Origin: an uncultured Spirochaetaceae bacterium
Lineage (GTDB): Bacteria > Spirochaetota > Spirochaetia > Sphaerochaetales > Sphaerochaetaceae
Reading direction: 5' to 3'
NCBI GenBank assembly: GCA_944389295.1
Contig: CALXLV010000028.1
Span: forward strand, 16,504 to 80,503
Length of the DNA stretch: 64,000 nucleotides
Positions 36,791 to 45,852 of this stretch are shown piece after piece. The position numbers and the translations under genes are program-made. The notes under the pieces were generated by a model that was not told the origin of the DNA, searched no databases, and worked only from the letters and a program-made list of their open reading frames with translations. Position 1 is the first letter of the stretch, and each line of letters opens with the position of its first letter.

Positions 36791-38311
36791 TCAGCCTTTC
36801 TTCTTCGGTGTGTAGACACCTGTCTTGATAAGTATAGTCCTGACAATCGGGAATGCGCAGAGCACGATGAGGATTATCGTAAGCACAGTCGCGATCGCGG
36901 AAGCGAAGAATACCTCGCTTATGTCTCCAGCAGTGGCGATGAACGCCTTTCTCATGTTGTCCTCAAGCAGCGGGGCAAGAACGAACGCGAGAAGCATCGG
37001 AGCCGTTGAATAGTCGTTCTTCTCGAAGATGTAGCCGAATACGCCCGCAATGAGCATGATCACAACGCCGAACATCGAGTATGTGGATGCATATGCTCCG
37101 AGGAAGCAGACGATCATGATTACAGGAATCATTATCCTCACAGGAACCTTGAGTATCTTCAGCAGCACCGGAATGATTCCCAGCGAGATCGCGAGAGCCA
37201 CGAGGTTGGAGATGAAGAGCGATGCAATGAGTCCCCATGCAAAGTCAGGATCTGTCGAGAAGAGAAGCGGTCCAGGGTTGAGGCCCCACATCATGAGTCC
37301 GCCGAGGAGAACCGCACCGGTGCCGGAACCCGGAATGCCGAGAGCAAGCAGAGGAGCGAATGATCCTGCAGCAGCAGCGTTGTTGGCAGACTCGGATGCC
37401 GCAATACCTTCGATAGCACCTGTTCCAAGCGGTTCCTCACTCTTGAATCCCTTCTGCATTGCATATGCGAGGAAGGATGCAGCTGTTGCGCCAGCACCGG
37501 GAAGAACGCCTACGAACGTTCCCATGATACCTGCCCTGACAGACGGAGGAGTAAGTCTCTTCCAGTCATGAGCCGTGAGCATCGAGCCGCGAATCGTCAG
37601 CTTGTCCGTAACAGCATTGACCTTGTCATCCTTCTGATCCATAAGCTGCATGAGCTGAGCAAATCCTACCGTACCGATGACGAATGGGATGAACTCGATT
37701 CCGCCCATGAGGTAGATCGAACCGAAGTTGAAGCGCGGAGTACCTGTCTGGACGTCCATTCCGATCGATGCAACGAGAATTCCGATGAAGGAAAGGAGCA
37801 CGCCCTGAATAGGATTGCCGCCGACGAGCCATCCGATACTTGTCATAGCGACAAGGAGGAGAACCGTCATCTCGGCAGGTCCGAACTTGAGGCCGAACTC
37901 AGCAAGCGCAGGTCCGAGCACGACGAGGATGAGCATACCGATGATACCGCCGATGCACGACGAGGCGTTTGCGGTCATCAGTGCCTGTCCAGGCCGTTTC
38001 TTCACAGTCGCCATCGGGTAGCCGTCAACAGCCGTGAGAACTGCCGGTGAGTCGCCGGGGATGTTGAGAAGGATAGCCGAGAATGCGCCGCCGTACATGT
38101 TCGAGTAGTAAAGAGCACCGAGCATGATGATTGCGGTTGTCGGGTTGAACTTGTATGTCAGAGGCAGCAGGAGCGCAACACCGGCGAGAGAGCCGATACC
38201 GGGCATTGCGCCGACGATAAGACCGAGGATCGAACCAAGGAGACATGCTCCGAGGTTTTCAAGTGAGAAGACGACTCCGAATCCGTGGAGAAGCCACATA
38301 AAGTTTTCCAT
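36791..38311 (-). CDS. tctA: TctA large permease (copy 2)
   Basis: 506 aa, collinear with copy 1 (MENFMWLLHGFGVVFSLENL...GAMPGIGS...GVLPGAGATAASFLAY). Confidence 0.9.
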   Translation of the reverse strand: MENFMWLLHGFGVVFSLENLGACLLGSILGLIVGAMPGIGSLAGVALLLPLTYKFNPTTAIIMLGALYYSNMYGGAFSAILLNIPGDSPAVLTAVDGYPMATVKKRPGQALMTANASSCIGGIIGMLILVVLGPALAEFGLKFGPAEMTVLLLVAMTSIGWLVGGNPIQGVLLSFIGILVASIGMDVQTGTPRFNFGSIYLMGGIEFIPFVIGTVGFAQLMQLMDQKDDKVNAVTDKLTIRGSMLTAHDWKRLTPPSVRAGIMGTFVGVLPGAGATAASFLAYAMQKGFKSEEPLGTGAIEGIAASESANNAAAAGSFAPLLALGIPGSGTGAVLLGGLMMWGLNPGPLLFSTDPDFAWGLIASLFISNLVALAISLGIIPVLLKILKVPVRIMIPVIMIVCFLGAYASTYSMFGVVIMLIAGVFGYIFEKNDYSTAPMLLAFVLAPLLEDNMRKAFIATAGDISEVFFASAIATVLTIILIVLCAFPIVRTILIKTGVYTPKKKG

Positions 38312-38327
38312 ACGTCAGCCTCCTCTA

Positions 38328-38801
38328 TCAGTATCCAAGTATGAGGTTGCCGATCAGGCCGACGGGGAAGTCGATCTGAAGCCACCATGTAAAGACAGGA
38401 AGAACGAGTATCAGGCAGAAGATAAGTGCGATGATAGTCGACTTCCAGCTGAGTTTCTCATAGAACTTGCACCAGAGCAGCTCGAAGATTATGACCGCAG
38501 GAACAGTTCCAATGATCATCACTCCAACTATGAAAAGCAGGAATCCGATAGGCACATACCAGTTGAGGAGCCTGTACTCCACACTCTTTCTTCTGAAGCT
38601 CTGGATGAACCCGAGCACACTGAGGATCATGAGACCGACAGCTATGATGATCGGGAAGAATCCCGCCGTAGGCGTGTTGGTGCTGTGATTCCAGAATCCG
38701 AAGTCGCCCATTCCGATGATGAGGTAGACCAGACCGATAATGAAACCGATTACCGGGATGATCACCTGCGTGGGCAGCTTCACAGAACTTGTCCCCTTCA
38801 T
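38328..38801 (-). CDS. tctB: TctB small permease (copy 2)
   Basis: 157 aa, 4 predicted TM helices. Here the gene order is pdxA-like, tctB, tctA, tctC. Its start overlaps the stop of the upstream gene. Confidence 0.7.
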   Translation of the reverse strand: MKGTSSVKLPTQVIIPVIGFIIGLVYLIIGMGDFGFWNHSTNTPTAGFFPIIIAVGLMILSVLGFIQSFRRKSVEYRLLNWYVPIGFLLFIVGVMIIGTVPAVIIFELLWCKFYEKLSWKSTIIALIFCLILVLPVFTWWLQIDFPVGLIGNLILGY

Positions 38802-39811
38802 TTTCCCTCCTGATAGAGATGGTTTGCCATGCGGCTTGCCATCTTGACTGCGTTTTCAAAAGCGCTGGTCTTTACAATGCCCTTGCCGGCGATGTCATAT
38901 GCCGTTCCGTGAGCACATGTGACAATCGGAGCCGGAAGTCCTCCAGCAATGGTTATACCCTGATCGAAGCCCTTGAGCTTGAGCGCGATCTGTCCCTGAT
39001 CATGATACATCGTGACGACCGCATCGAAATCTCCGCGGAATGCGCGGATGAAGAGAATGTCCGAGGGGAATGGTCCCTGCGCATCGATTCCCTGACTCCT
39101 CGCCTTCTCGATCGCGGGAGTGATCACATCGATCTCCTCGCGTCCGCAGAGGCCGTTCTCTCCCGCATGGGGATTGAGAGCCGCAATAGCAAGCCTCGGC
39201 TTCTCGATTCCGCTGTTCTTAAGCGAGACGTTAGCCAGCGTGATTGCACGCATGATGGAGTCGACGGTGATATGGTCGCTCACTTCCTTGATGGGGATAT
39301 GGCTCGTCGTCCTCGTTGTCCAGAGATCGCCGCAGACGTTTATCTCGCCGAACGGAGCTGTGTGGTTGAACTCGTGGGCAAGCAGATGATGCTCAGACTC
39401 ATACGGACATCCTGCCTCCTTCATTCCCGCCTTGTTGAGCGAGCCGAAGCAGAAGCCCTCTATCGCCTTCTCCTTGTAGAGCTTGACAGCGAATGTCAGC
39501 ATATCAAGGCTTGCCTTTCCGCATTCGACCGTGAGCTTTCCTATAGGAGCATCTTCCTCAGAGAGATTGTTCCTGTTGAACATGGGATATACCCCGTCAT
39601 CCCAGGAAGCCTCCTTTATGTCATTGATCTCCTGTATCTTCGCGTCATATCCGACGCCTCTGAGAGCGCGGTTTATGATCCTTCTGTCACCAATGAGCAC
39701 GGGTCTGCAGTAGTCATCGAAGAAACGCGATGCCATGAGCTTCGCGATGATCTCAGGTCCTACGCCGCCGCCATCGCCCAGCAGAATGCCAAGGACGGGT
39801 TTTCTGTCCAT
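38798..39811 (-). CDS. PdxA-family NAD(P)-dependent hydroxy-acid(-phosphate) dehydrogenase homologue
   Basis: 337 aa with N-terminal GDGGGVGPEI, then ALNPHAGENG and TCAHGTAYDIAGKG, the conserved PdxA/PdxA2 blocks. Confidence 0.85.
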   Translation of the reverse strand: MDRKPVLGILLGDGGGVGPEIIAKLMASRFFDDYCRPVLIGDRRIINRALRGVGYDAKIQEINDIKEASWDDGVYPMFNRNNLSEEDAPIGKLTVECGKASLDMLTFAVKLYKEKAIEGFCFGSLNKAGMKEAGCPYESEHHLLAHEFNHTAPFGEINVCGDLWTTRTTSHIPIKEVSDHITVDSIMRAITLANVSLKNSGIEKPRLAIAALNPHAGENGLCGREEIDVITPAIEKARSQGIDAQGPFPSDILFIRAFRGDFDAVVTMYHDQGQIALKLKGFDQGITIAGGLPAPIVTCAHGTAYDIAGKGIVKTSAFENAVKMASRMANHLYQEGK

Positions 39812-39839
39812 AATGCCTCCTTTTTACAAACTCAATATT

Positions 39840-39855
39840 AGCAACAACCATGCCA
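39840..39855 (-). promoter_or_regulatory. Sigma-54 (-24/-12) promoter of TTT operon 2
   Basis: The minus strand reads TGGCAT-GGTTG-TTGCT, a near-consensus match. It lies about 29 nt upstream of the ATG at 39811, the same geometry as the promoter at 26422-26437. Confidence 0.75.
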
Positions 39856-40016
39856 AACTGCATCAAAAATATGCGTATATCGCATTTTTAAATGGCCATA
39901 TAATTTAAAACAAAGAAAATATGAGAGAAATATAAAACCACCGATATAAAATCGATGGCTATAGGACACTGTATTCAAAGTGTTTCATTTGTTTCATAGT
40001 TTCAGTTAATGATGTT

Positions 40017-41888
40017 TCATGTTGCATTCTTGAAACGCCGCCAGAGTGTTGTACGGGAGATTCCCACGCTTGCAGCGAAATCGGAGAGCGACATCCCGGA
40101 AGAACGGAAGCGGCTGTAGAGCTCATCAGCGTCCACGCCCTTTGCAGGCTTCTGGGCTGCAGGCTTTGAGAGGCGCTCGCTCTCCGGAATATCTATGTTC
40201 TTTATGGAGAGATCGGTGATGCGCTGACTGCCGTTGAGCACGACGATGCGCTCAGCTACATTCCTCAGCTCCCTTATGTTTCCGAGCCACCTGTATCTGT
40301 GCAGCTCCATGATCGCGGAGCTGTCCACCGGCGGAGGCGTGATCTCCATTCTCTCAGCATACATCCTGACAAAGTGGCGGAAAAGCAGTCCGATGTCGTT
40401 GCCTCTGTCCCTTAAGGGCGGGATGTGTATGGTGAGGAGGTTTATCCTATAATAGAGATCGCGGCGGAAGAGTCCCTTCTCTATCAATGAGGGGATATCC
40501 TGGTTCGTCGCGCACATGACACGCACGTCGACAGGTATCTCATCATCGCCTCCGACCCTCCTTATCTCCTTCTCCTGGAGCACGCGCAGAAGCTTTGTCT
40601 GGAGCTGTATCGGCATCTCCCCTATCTCATCAAGGAATATCGTGCCCTTGTCGGCAAGCTCGAAAAGCCCTGTGCGTCCTCCCTTCCTCGCTCCTGTGAA
40701 CGCGCCCTCGCTGTAGCCGAAGAGCTCGGATTCCAGCAGTTCGCTCGATATCGCGGCGCAGTTGACTGCGACGAACGGTCCGTCCGCCCTCTTGCTTGCA
40801 TTGTGCATCGACTGGACAAAGAGCTCCTTTCCAGTTCCCGTCTCGCCTATGACAAGCACGTTTCCGTCCGCCTCCGCATACCGTATCGCCTTGGCTATGA
40901 GCTGCCTCATCGTGACGTGCTCTGCAATGATGTCCGAGAAGTGATAGCGTGCACGGAGACCACGGGTCTGCAGGCGGGAGGAGACAGTCTTGCTGCCGTT
41001 ATAGAACCTGCTGATATCATGCATGCTCATGATTGTGTCACCGCCGCCTGTGCGCGTCATGGAGACAAGCATCTTCTCACCCCTTATTTCCTCAACGATC
41101 TCCGTGCTGACGCCCTCCCCTCCTGCGGCATCGGGAAGGGGGCCGGAATAGAGTTCTGAGATCGGAAGGCCTATAAGGCTGTCGCGGTCATAGAAGCCCT
41201 CTGCGCCGCTGTTCGAGAGCACTATCCTCCCGTTAGGGCCTACCGCAAGGAGGATGTAGGGCAGGCTGTCCATCACACGCCTCATGAGATCGGCGCGGGA
41301 ACGCTCCGCCTGCAGTATCTTTGCCGCCGCGATGGCATCGCCGATCGATTCCTTAATTGCGGACTCTCCTGTGCTTATGAGGCAGAATGGGATGCTTCGT
41401 CTGGCGCAGTACGCTCTGAGCGTGGTTCCTCCGACAAGCACCTGGCACCCGTCATCAAGCAGTTCATCGGCGGCTTTCCGCAGCTCTTCATCGCCGTATG
41501 CGGTACGGAGGTTGACATTGAGGCCGGTAAGCTCGCGGATCGTATCCGGATAGCATATTGTATCGTCTGTGACAATCAGTCCGACATGGGTGCCGGCACC
41601 GTAGAGCCGCCTAACCTCAGCCAGAGAGTTCATGACGTCAGCCCCCGACATGTTTATCTCTATGATATGAAGCTCCGGGAACATCGTCCTCAGCGCATGA
41701 TACGTCATCCCCCTGACGACGACTATGTCATACTGCCTGAGGTGCGCCAACATCCCGGGATCAGTGCCGAAGCAGCACTCCATGGAGAAACGCACATCAG
41801 GCACGTCGGCAGCCGCCACTGCCCTCTCATACTCAGGGATGATGTCCTCATACGGGACGATTACGAGAATGCTGACCATGACATTCAT
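40017..41888 (-). CDS. Sigma-54-dependent transcriptional activator, PrpR-N / PAS / AAA+ / HTH (copy 2)
   Basis: Motifs GETGTGKELFVQSMH, ESELFGYSEGAFTGA, and the C-terminal HTH AASVGISRTTLWRRFK. The start is uncertain (ATG at 41888 or 41879; the ORF track gives 41939). Confidence 0.9.
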   Translation of the reverse strand: MNVMVSILVIVPYEDIIPEYERAVAAADVPDVRFSMECCFGTDPGMLAHLRQYDIVVVRGMTYHALRTMFPELHIIEINMSGADVMNSLAEVRRLYGAGTHVGLIVTDDTICYPDTIRELTGLNVNLRTAYGDEELRKAADELLDDGCQVLVGGTTLRAYCARRSIPFCLISTGESAIKESIGDAIAAAKILQAERSRADLMRRVMDSLPYILLAVGPNGRIVLSNSGAEGFYDRDSLIGLPISELYSGPLPDAAGGEGVSTEIVEEIRGEKMLVSMTRTGGGDTIMSMHDISRFYNGSKTVSSRLQTRGLRARYHFSDIIAEHVTMRQLIAKAIRYAEADGNVLVIGETGTGKELFVQSMHNASKRADGPFVAVNCAAISSELLESELFGYSEGAFTGARKGGRTGLFELADKGTIFLDEIGEMPIQLQTKLLRVLQEKEIRRVGGDDEIPVDVRVMCATNQDIPSLIEKGLFRRDLYYRINLLTIHIPPLRDRGNDIGLLFRHFVRMYAERMEITPPPVDSSAIMELHRYRWLGNIRELRNVAERIVVLNGSQRITDLSIKNIDIPESERLSKPAAQKPAKGVDADELYSRFRSSGMSLSDFAASVGISRTTLWRRFKNAT

Positions 41889-41945
41889 TATAAAGTATAT
41901 AAAGGCTATTGTGCAGAACCCGCCGGGATTGTGTATCATATTCCC

Positions 41946-42461
41946 ATGAACATAAAGGATATTCTTCTTTACATACTGCTGATGGTTCTCATAGCCCTTA
42001 CGCTGCTGAACTTCTACGCGATGCTCACATCAAAGAAAAGAAGAGCGCAGTCAGCCCGGAGCTACCAGATGGAGATGTCGGAAGTGGAAGGCCGCCTTCT
42101 GAAGCTGATGAAGGAGAGAGCGCTCAACTTCACGGAAGTCTGGAGATTCATGAACGACAAGGGCGAGGGAATCGTCCTGGTGACCGATCCGGAGAAGCGC
42201 ATGGCCGCAATAGGAATGCGCGGCGACACAGAGCTCTTCTCATTCGACGATATAACGGATGCAAGAGCCGACTTCACCAAAAGCGGCAGGAGATACAGGG
42301 AAGCCTCGGTGACGGCGACGATCAGAGGAACAGAGTACACCTACCAGATCGGGACGAAGCCGTTCTGGAGAAAGGGAATCATCGGCAAGGTTGTCTACCA
42401 GACAGCGGAGGAGTTCACCGCCGCGCTCTGGAAGATAATAGACAGAGGCAAGAAAAGCTGA
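41946..42461 (+). CDS. Hypothetical membrane-anchored protein
   Basis: The ATG at 41946 gives MNIKDILLYILLMVLIALTLLNFYAML (one TM helix) plus a soluble domain of about 130 aa. The ORF-track extension to 41586 is antisense to the activator gene. Confidence 0.5.
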   Translation: MNIKDILLYILLMVLIALTLLNFYAMLTSKKRRAQSARSYQMEMSEVEGRLLKLMKERALNFTEVWRFMNDKGEGIVLVTDPEKRMAAIGMRGDTELFSFDDITDARADFTKSGRRYREASVTATIRGTEYTYQIGTKPFWRKGIIGKVVYQTAEEFTAALWKIIDRGKKS

Positions 42462-42544
42462 GACAGAAAAGCAGTTACAAGATAAGCCCGGAAATGTAGT
42501 GAACCCTTCAAGTTGGACTAAAAACCAATTTGGAGGGTTTTGTC

Positions 42545-42997
42545 ATGAAGATAAGGGAAGAAGACCTACGGCGAGAACTAGAAATAGCCAAAGGAGGAAA
42601 AGACAGCCAGAAAGCCTGCGCGATGCGGCTTGAGATGGGATACAGGCGCTTTAAGATGCTTCTTGCCAGAGCAAGAATACATGGCATAGAAGCAGTGCTT
42701 CATTCAAATATATTAAAAACATATACAGACAGCTTCAAACTTGAAGTAGTACACTCTGTTCTGGCAGGCGGGAATCCAGCAGGAATCACAGCCGTACGAT
42801 ATAATCTAAATCACAGTACGGTATTAGAGTGGATACACAAGTATGAAGAAGGAGGTGAATCCCGCCTGCTGGAAGATAACAGAGGAAAGCACAGCATGGG
42901 ACGGAAGAAGAAGCCGAGACTGGAGGACTACGAACCGGGGTCAATGGAATATCTCAAGCTGAAGGTAGAGCTTTTGGAGAGGGAGAACGCACTCTAA
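42545..42997 (+). CDS. IS3-family transposase OrfA (HTH)
   Basis: MKIREEDLRRELEIAKGG..., HTH region, and a C-terminal leucine-zipper-like LKLKVELLERENAL. It ends inside the A8 run (42996-43003). Confidence 0.85.
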   Translation: MKIREEDLRRELEIAKGGKDSQKACAMRLEMGYRRFKMLLARARIHGIEAVLHSNILKTYTDSFKLEVVHSVLAGGNPAGITAVRYNLNHSTVLEWIHKYEEGGESRLLEDNRGKHSMGRKKKPRLEDYEPGSMEYLKLKVELLERENAL

Positions 42998-43119
42998 AAA
43001 AAAGCACTGCCCTTAGTTCGGGAAAAGATAAGGAGTCGCTCACAAGGAAGGAGCGATACCAGCTCATCAGAGAACTAAGCGGCGAATTTTATCTATATGA
43101 GCTGACAGCATTCTTCAAT

Positions 43120-43902
43120 GTGCCCAAGAGCTCCTATCTGAACTGGAAGGTACATCATGGAGAAGACGAGGATCAGAATCTGAAGACTCGCATAAAGGAT
43201 ATATTTGAATACCATAAGACGAGATACGGATACAGGAGGATAACAGCTGTTCTTCATCAGGAAGGTCTTATAGTAAACCACAAGAAGGTGAAGCGGCTGA
43301 TGAAGGAGATGGGGTTGTACCCTGCCGCATATAAGCGATCCCGCTACTCATCCTACAAGGGCGAGGTTGGGAAGACAGCACCAAACATACTGAAGCGGGC
43401 ATTCAGCGTAAAGAAGCCTGACAAGGTATGGGCAACGGATGTGACGGAGTTCCAGACAGGGGAAGGCAAGCTGTATCTTTCACCAATAAAGGATCTGTGC
43501 ACGGGCGAGATAATAAGCTATTCAATCTCGCCATCGCCCAATATGGAGATGGTCATGGGAATGCTCAATGCCGCACTCCTTGCACATCCTGACCATGAAG
43601 GACTTCTGCTCCATTCAGACCAAGGCTGGCATTACCAGCACGCCTCATTCGTAAATCTTCTCAAAGCAAATGGCATTACCCAGAGCATGTCCAGAAAGGG
43701 AAACTGCTTGGACAACGGGAAGATGGAGACATTCTTCTCCACTCTGAAAAGAGAAATGTACTATGGGCATGAGAAGGAATTCAAAACCAGAGAACAGCTC
43801 AAAGCTGCGATTGAGGAATACATCGATTACTACAATAGGGAAAGAATACAGATGAAACTAGGCTATCTTTCTCCGTTGATTTTCAGAGAACAGATAGCCT
43901 AG
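43120..43902 (+). CDS. IS3-family transposase OrfB (DDE/rve integrase core), expressed as OrfAB by -1 frameshift
   Basis: The frame is open from 42994 (LKKSTALSSGKDKESL...), overlapping the orfA end at the slippery CTAAAAAAAAG. The rve core has WATDVTEF and HSDQGWHY, and ends in NRERIQMKLGYLSP. Confidence 0.9.
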   Translation: MPKSSYLNWKVHHGEDEDQNLKTRIKDIFEYHKTRYGYRRITAVLHQEGLIVNHKKVKRLMKEMGLYPAAYKRSRYSSYKGEVGKTAPNILKRAFSVKKPDKVWATDVTEFQTGEGKLYLSPIKDLCTGEIISYSISPSPNMEMVMGMLNAALLAHPDHEGLLLHSDQGWHYQHASFVNLLKANGITQSMSRKGNCLDNGKMETFFSTLKREMYYGHEKEFKTREQLKAAIEEYIDYYNRERIQMKLGYLSPLIFREQIA

Positions 43903-43953
43903 CATTATTTCAGGTCCAGCTTTGTGGGTTCACCTCAAGACCGGGCTTATTTT

Positions 43954-45852
43954 TCATTCCAGCTCCACAGCGCCTGTGTACAGCTGGTAGTACACTCCGT
44001 GCTGAGCAATCAGCGTCTCGTGGTCGCCGCGCTCTATTATGCGGCCGTGATCGAGAACCATGATCGCATTGGAGTTGCGAACTGTAGAGAGCCTGTGGGC
44101 GATTACGAATACGGTGCGGTTCGCCATCAGTCTGTCCATGCCGCTCTGCACGAGCGCCTCAGTGTGCGTGTCGATCGACGATGTGGCCTCATCCATGACG
44201 AGTACCGGAGGATCTGCTATCGCGGCGCGGGCGATGGAGAGAAGCTGCCGCTGTCCCTGCGAGAGGCTCTCGCCGTTATTCGTCAGCATCGTATCGTAGC
44301 CGTCAGGCATCATCATTATGAAGTCGTGGGCGTTCGCCAGCTTCGCCGCCGCGATCACCTCCTCGTCGCTGGCATCCAGCTTTCCGAACTTTATGTTCTC
44401 CTTTATCGTCCCCGTGAAGAGGTTCGTATCCTGAAGAATCATTCCGAGCGAATGCCTGAGATCAGCTTTCTTTATCTTGTTTATGTTGATGCCGTCAAAC
44501 CTTATCTTTCCATCCTGTATATCATAGAAACGGTTGAGAAGGTTCGTGATCGTCGTCTTTCCCGCTCCTGTAGAGCCTACGAACGCGATCTTCTGTCCCG
44601 GCTTCGCATAGAGGGAGATATCGTGGAGAACGGTCTTGTCAGGCACATAGCCGAAATCAACGTCCTTCATGACTATATCGCCGCGGAGAGGCGTATATGT
44701 CACAGGGCTTCCGTCATGATGCGGATGCTTCCATGCCCAGAATCCTGTATGCTCCTCTGTCTCAACGACGTTTCCGTTCTCATCCGTTTTCGCATTGACA
44801 AGCATCACATAGCCGTCATCCTTCTCGCTCTCCTCGTCCAGAAGCTCGAAGATGCGCTCCGCACCGGCAAGGGCGAGAAGCACCATGTTCATCTGCTGCG
44901 ATATCTGGTTGACGTTGTTGGAGAATGAGCGCGAGAGCTGGAGGAACGCCGCCAGAAGTCCGATTGTATAGCCGGACGTGGCTCCGCCGGAGAGGATCAC
45001 GGCGATCGCCCCTATCACGACCAGCGCCACATACTGCAGGTTTCCTATGTTCATAGTCACAGGCCCCATCACATTGGCGTATGCGTTGCCGCGCGTCATC
45101 GACTTTCTCAGTTTCTCGTTGAGAACCGCGAAATCGGAGCGGCTCTTGTTCTCATGGCAGAATACCTTTATCACCCTCTGCCCGTTCATCATCTCCTCTA
45201 TGAATCCGTTCACGGAGGCAAGATCGGCCTGCTGCGCCGCGAACTGACGCCCCGAGCGCTTGGCGATGAAGCTGGATGAGCGCATCGTTATGAATGCGAA
45301 AACGGCCACGACGATGGTCAGGAACCATGAGTTCATCACCATGGACACCACGACCATTACGATCGTTATGCCCGCCTGCATCAGCTGCACCAGAGAGTTG
45401 GATATGAACTGGTTGAGCGTATCCGTATCGTTCGAGAAGCGCGACATTATCGTGCCGTGCTGGTTCCTGTCGAAGTATGAGATCGGAAGTGACTCGAGCT
45501 TGCGGAACATCTCAACCCTTATCGAGTAGAGAGTATCCTGAGAGATCGAGACCATCGTCCTTGACAGGAGGTAGTTGAATACAACGGAGAAGCTGACGAT
45601 GGCCGCAAACTGCATCAGTGCCGCCGCGACAGGCGTCCAGTCCGGATTCTCGACTCCGATTATCGGGAATACGCATGTATCGATGAATGTTCCAAGGAAG
45701 TTGGACGAATAGACTATCGAGAATGATGATATAAGGATGCAGACCACTATGAACGCGAACTTGAGCTTTCTCTCTCCGAACACGATGCGGAGCACCCGCT
45801 TCATCGCTTTCTTCGGGTCCTTGGCCCTGGCTGTACCTCTGGCTCTAAGCAT
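43954..45852 (-). CDS. ABC exporter, fused permease/ATPase (heterodimer partner B)
   Basis: Walker A GSTGAGKTT, signature LSQGQRQLLSIARA, Walker B VLVMDEATSSID, and a six-helix N-terminal domain. ATG at 45852, overlapping the upstream stop by 8 nt. Confidence 0.9.
   Translation of the reverse strand: MLRARGTARAKDPKKAMKRVLRIVFGERKLKFAFIVVCILISSFSIVYSSNFLGTFIDTCVFPIIGVENPDWTPVAAALMQFAAIVSFSVVFNYLLSRTMVSISQDTLYSIRVEMFRKLESLPISYFDRNQHGTIMSRFSNDTDTLNQFISNSLVQLMQAGITIVMVVVSMVMNSWFLTIVVAVFAFITMRSSSFIAKRSGRQFAAQQADLASVNGFIEEMMNGQRVIKVFCHENKSRSDFAVLNEKLRKSMTRGNAYANVMGPVTMNIGNLQYVALVVIGAIAVILSGGATSGYTIGLLAAFLQLSRSFSNNVNQISQQMNMVLLALAGAERIFELLDEESEKDDGYVMLVNAKTDENGNVVETEEHTGFWAWKHPHHDGSPVTYTPLRGDIVMKDVDFGYVPDKTVLHDISLYAKPGQKIAFVGSTGAGKTTITNLLNRFYDIQDGKIRFDGININKIKKADLRHSLGMILQDTNLFTGTIKENIKFGKLDASDEEVIAAAKLANAHDFIMMMPDGYDTMLTNNGESLSQGQRQLLSIARAAIADPPVLVMDEATSSIDTHTEALVQSGMDRLMANRTVFVIAHRLSTVRNSNAIMVLDHGRIIERGDHETLIAQHGVYYQLYTGAVELE

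Larger units (their letters stand above)
42495..43937 (+). mobile_element. IS3-family insertion sequence (1443 bp) with imperfect terminal inverted repeats
   Basis: IRL is TGTAGTGAACCCTTCAAGTTGGACTAAAAA (42495-42524). The reverse complement of IRR (43908-43937) is TGAGGTGAACCCACAAAGCTGGACCTGAAA. They match at 21/30 positions and have TG...CA ends. It encodes orfA/orfB with a -1 frame relationship. Confidence 0.85.

Noticed and set aside
38124-39841. Plus-strand ORFs of 229 and 350 aa
   Set aside because: They are antisense to the tctB, tctA and pdxA-like genes. They are shadow ORFs with low-complexity acidic and basic runs.
41586-41945. ORF-track N-terminal extension of the 41946-42461 gene
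   Set aside because: It is antisense to the N-terminus of the sigma-54 activator. The ATG at 41946 yields a clean TM anchor.
42492-43940. Target-site duplication for the IS3 element
   Set aside because: The flanking triplets are AAA and AGA, so no perfect direct repeat of 3-5 bp exists. No TSD is claimed.
43924-44928. 334-aa plus-strand ORF
   Set aside because: It is antisense to the ABC exporter, which has clear Walker and signature motifs. Its composition is R/V/H-rich and not protein-like.
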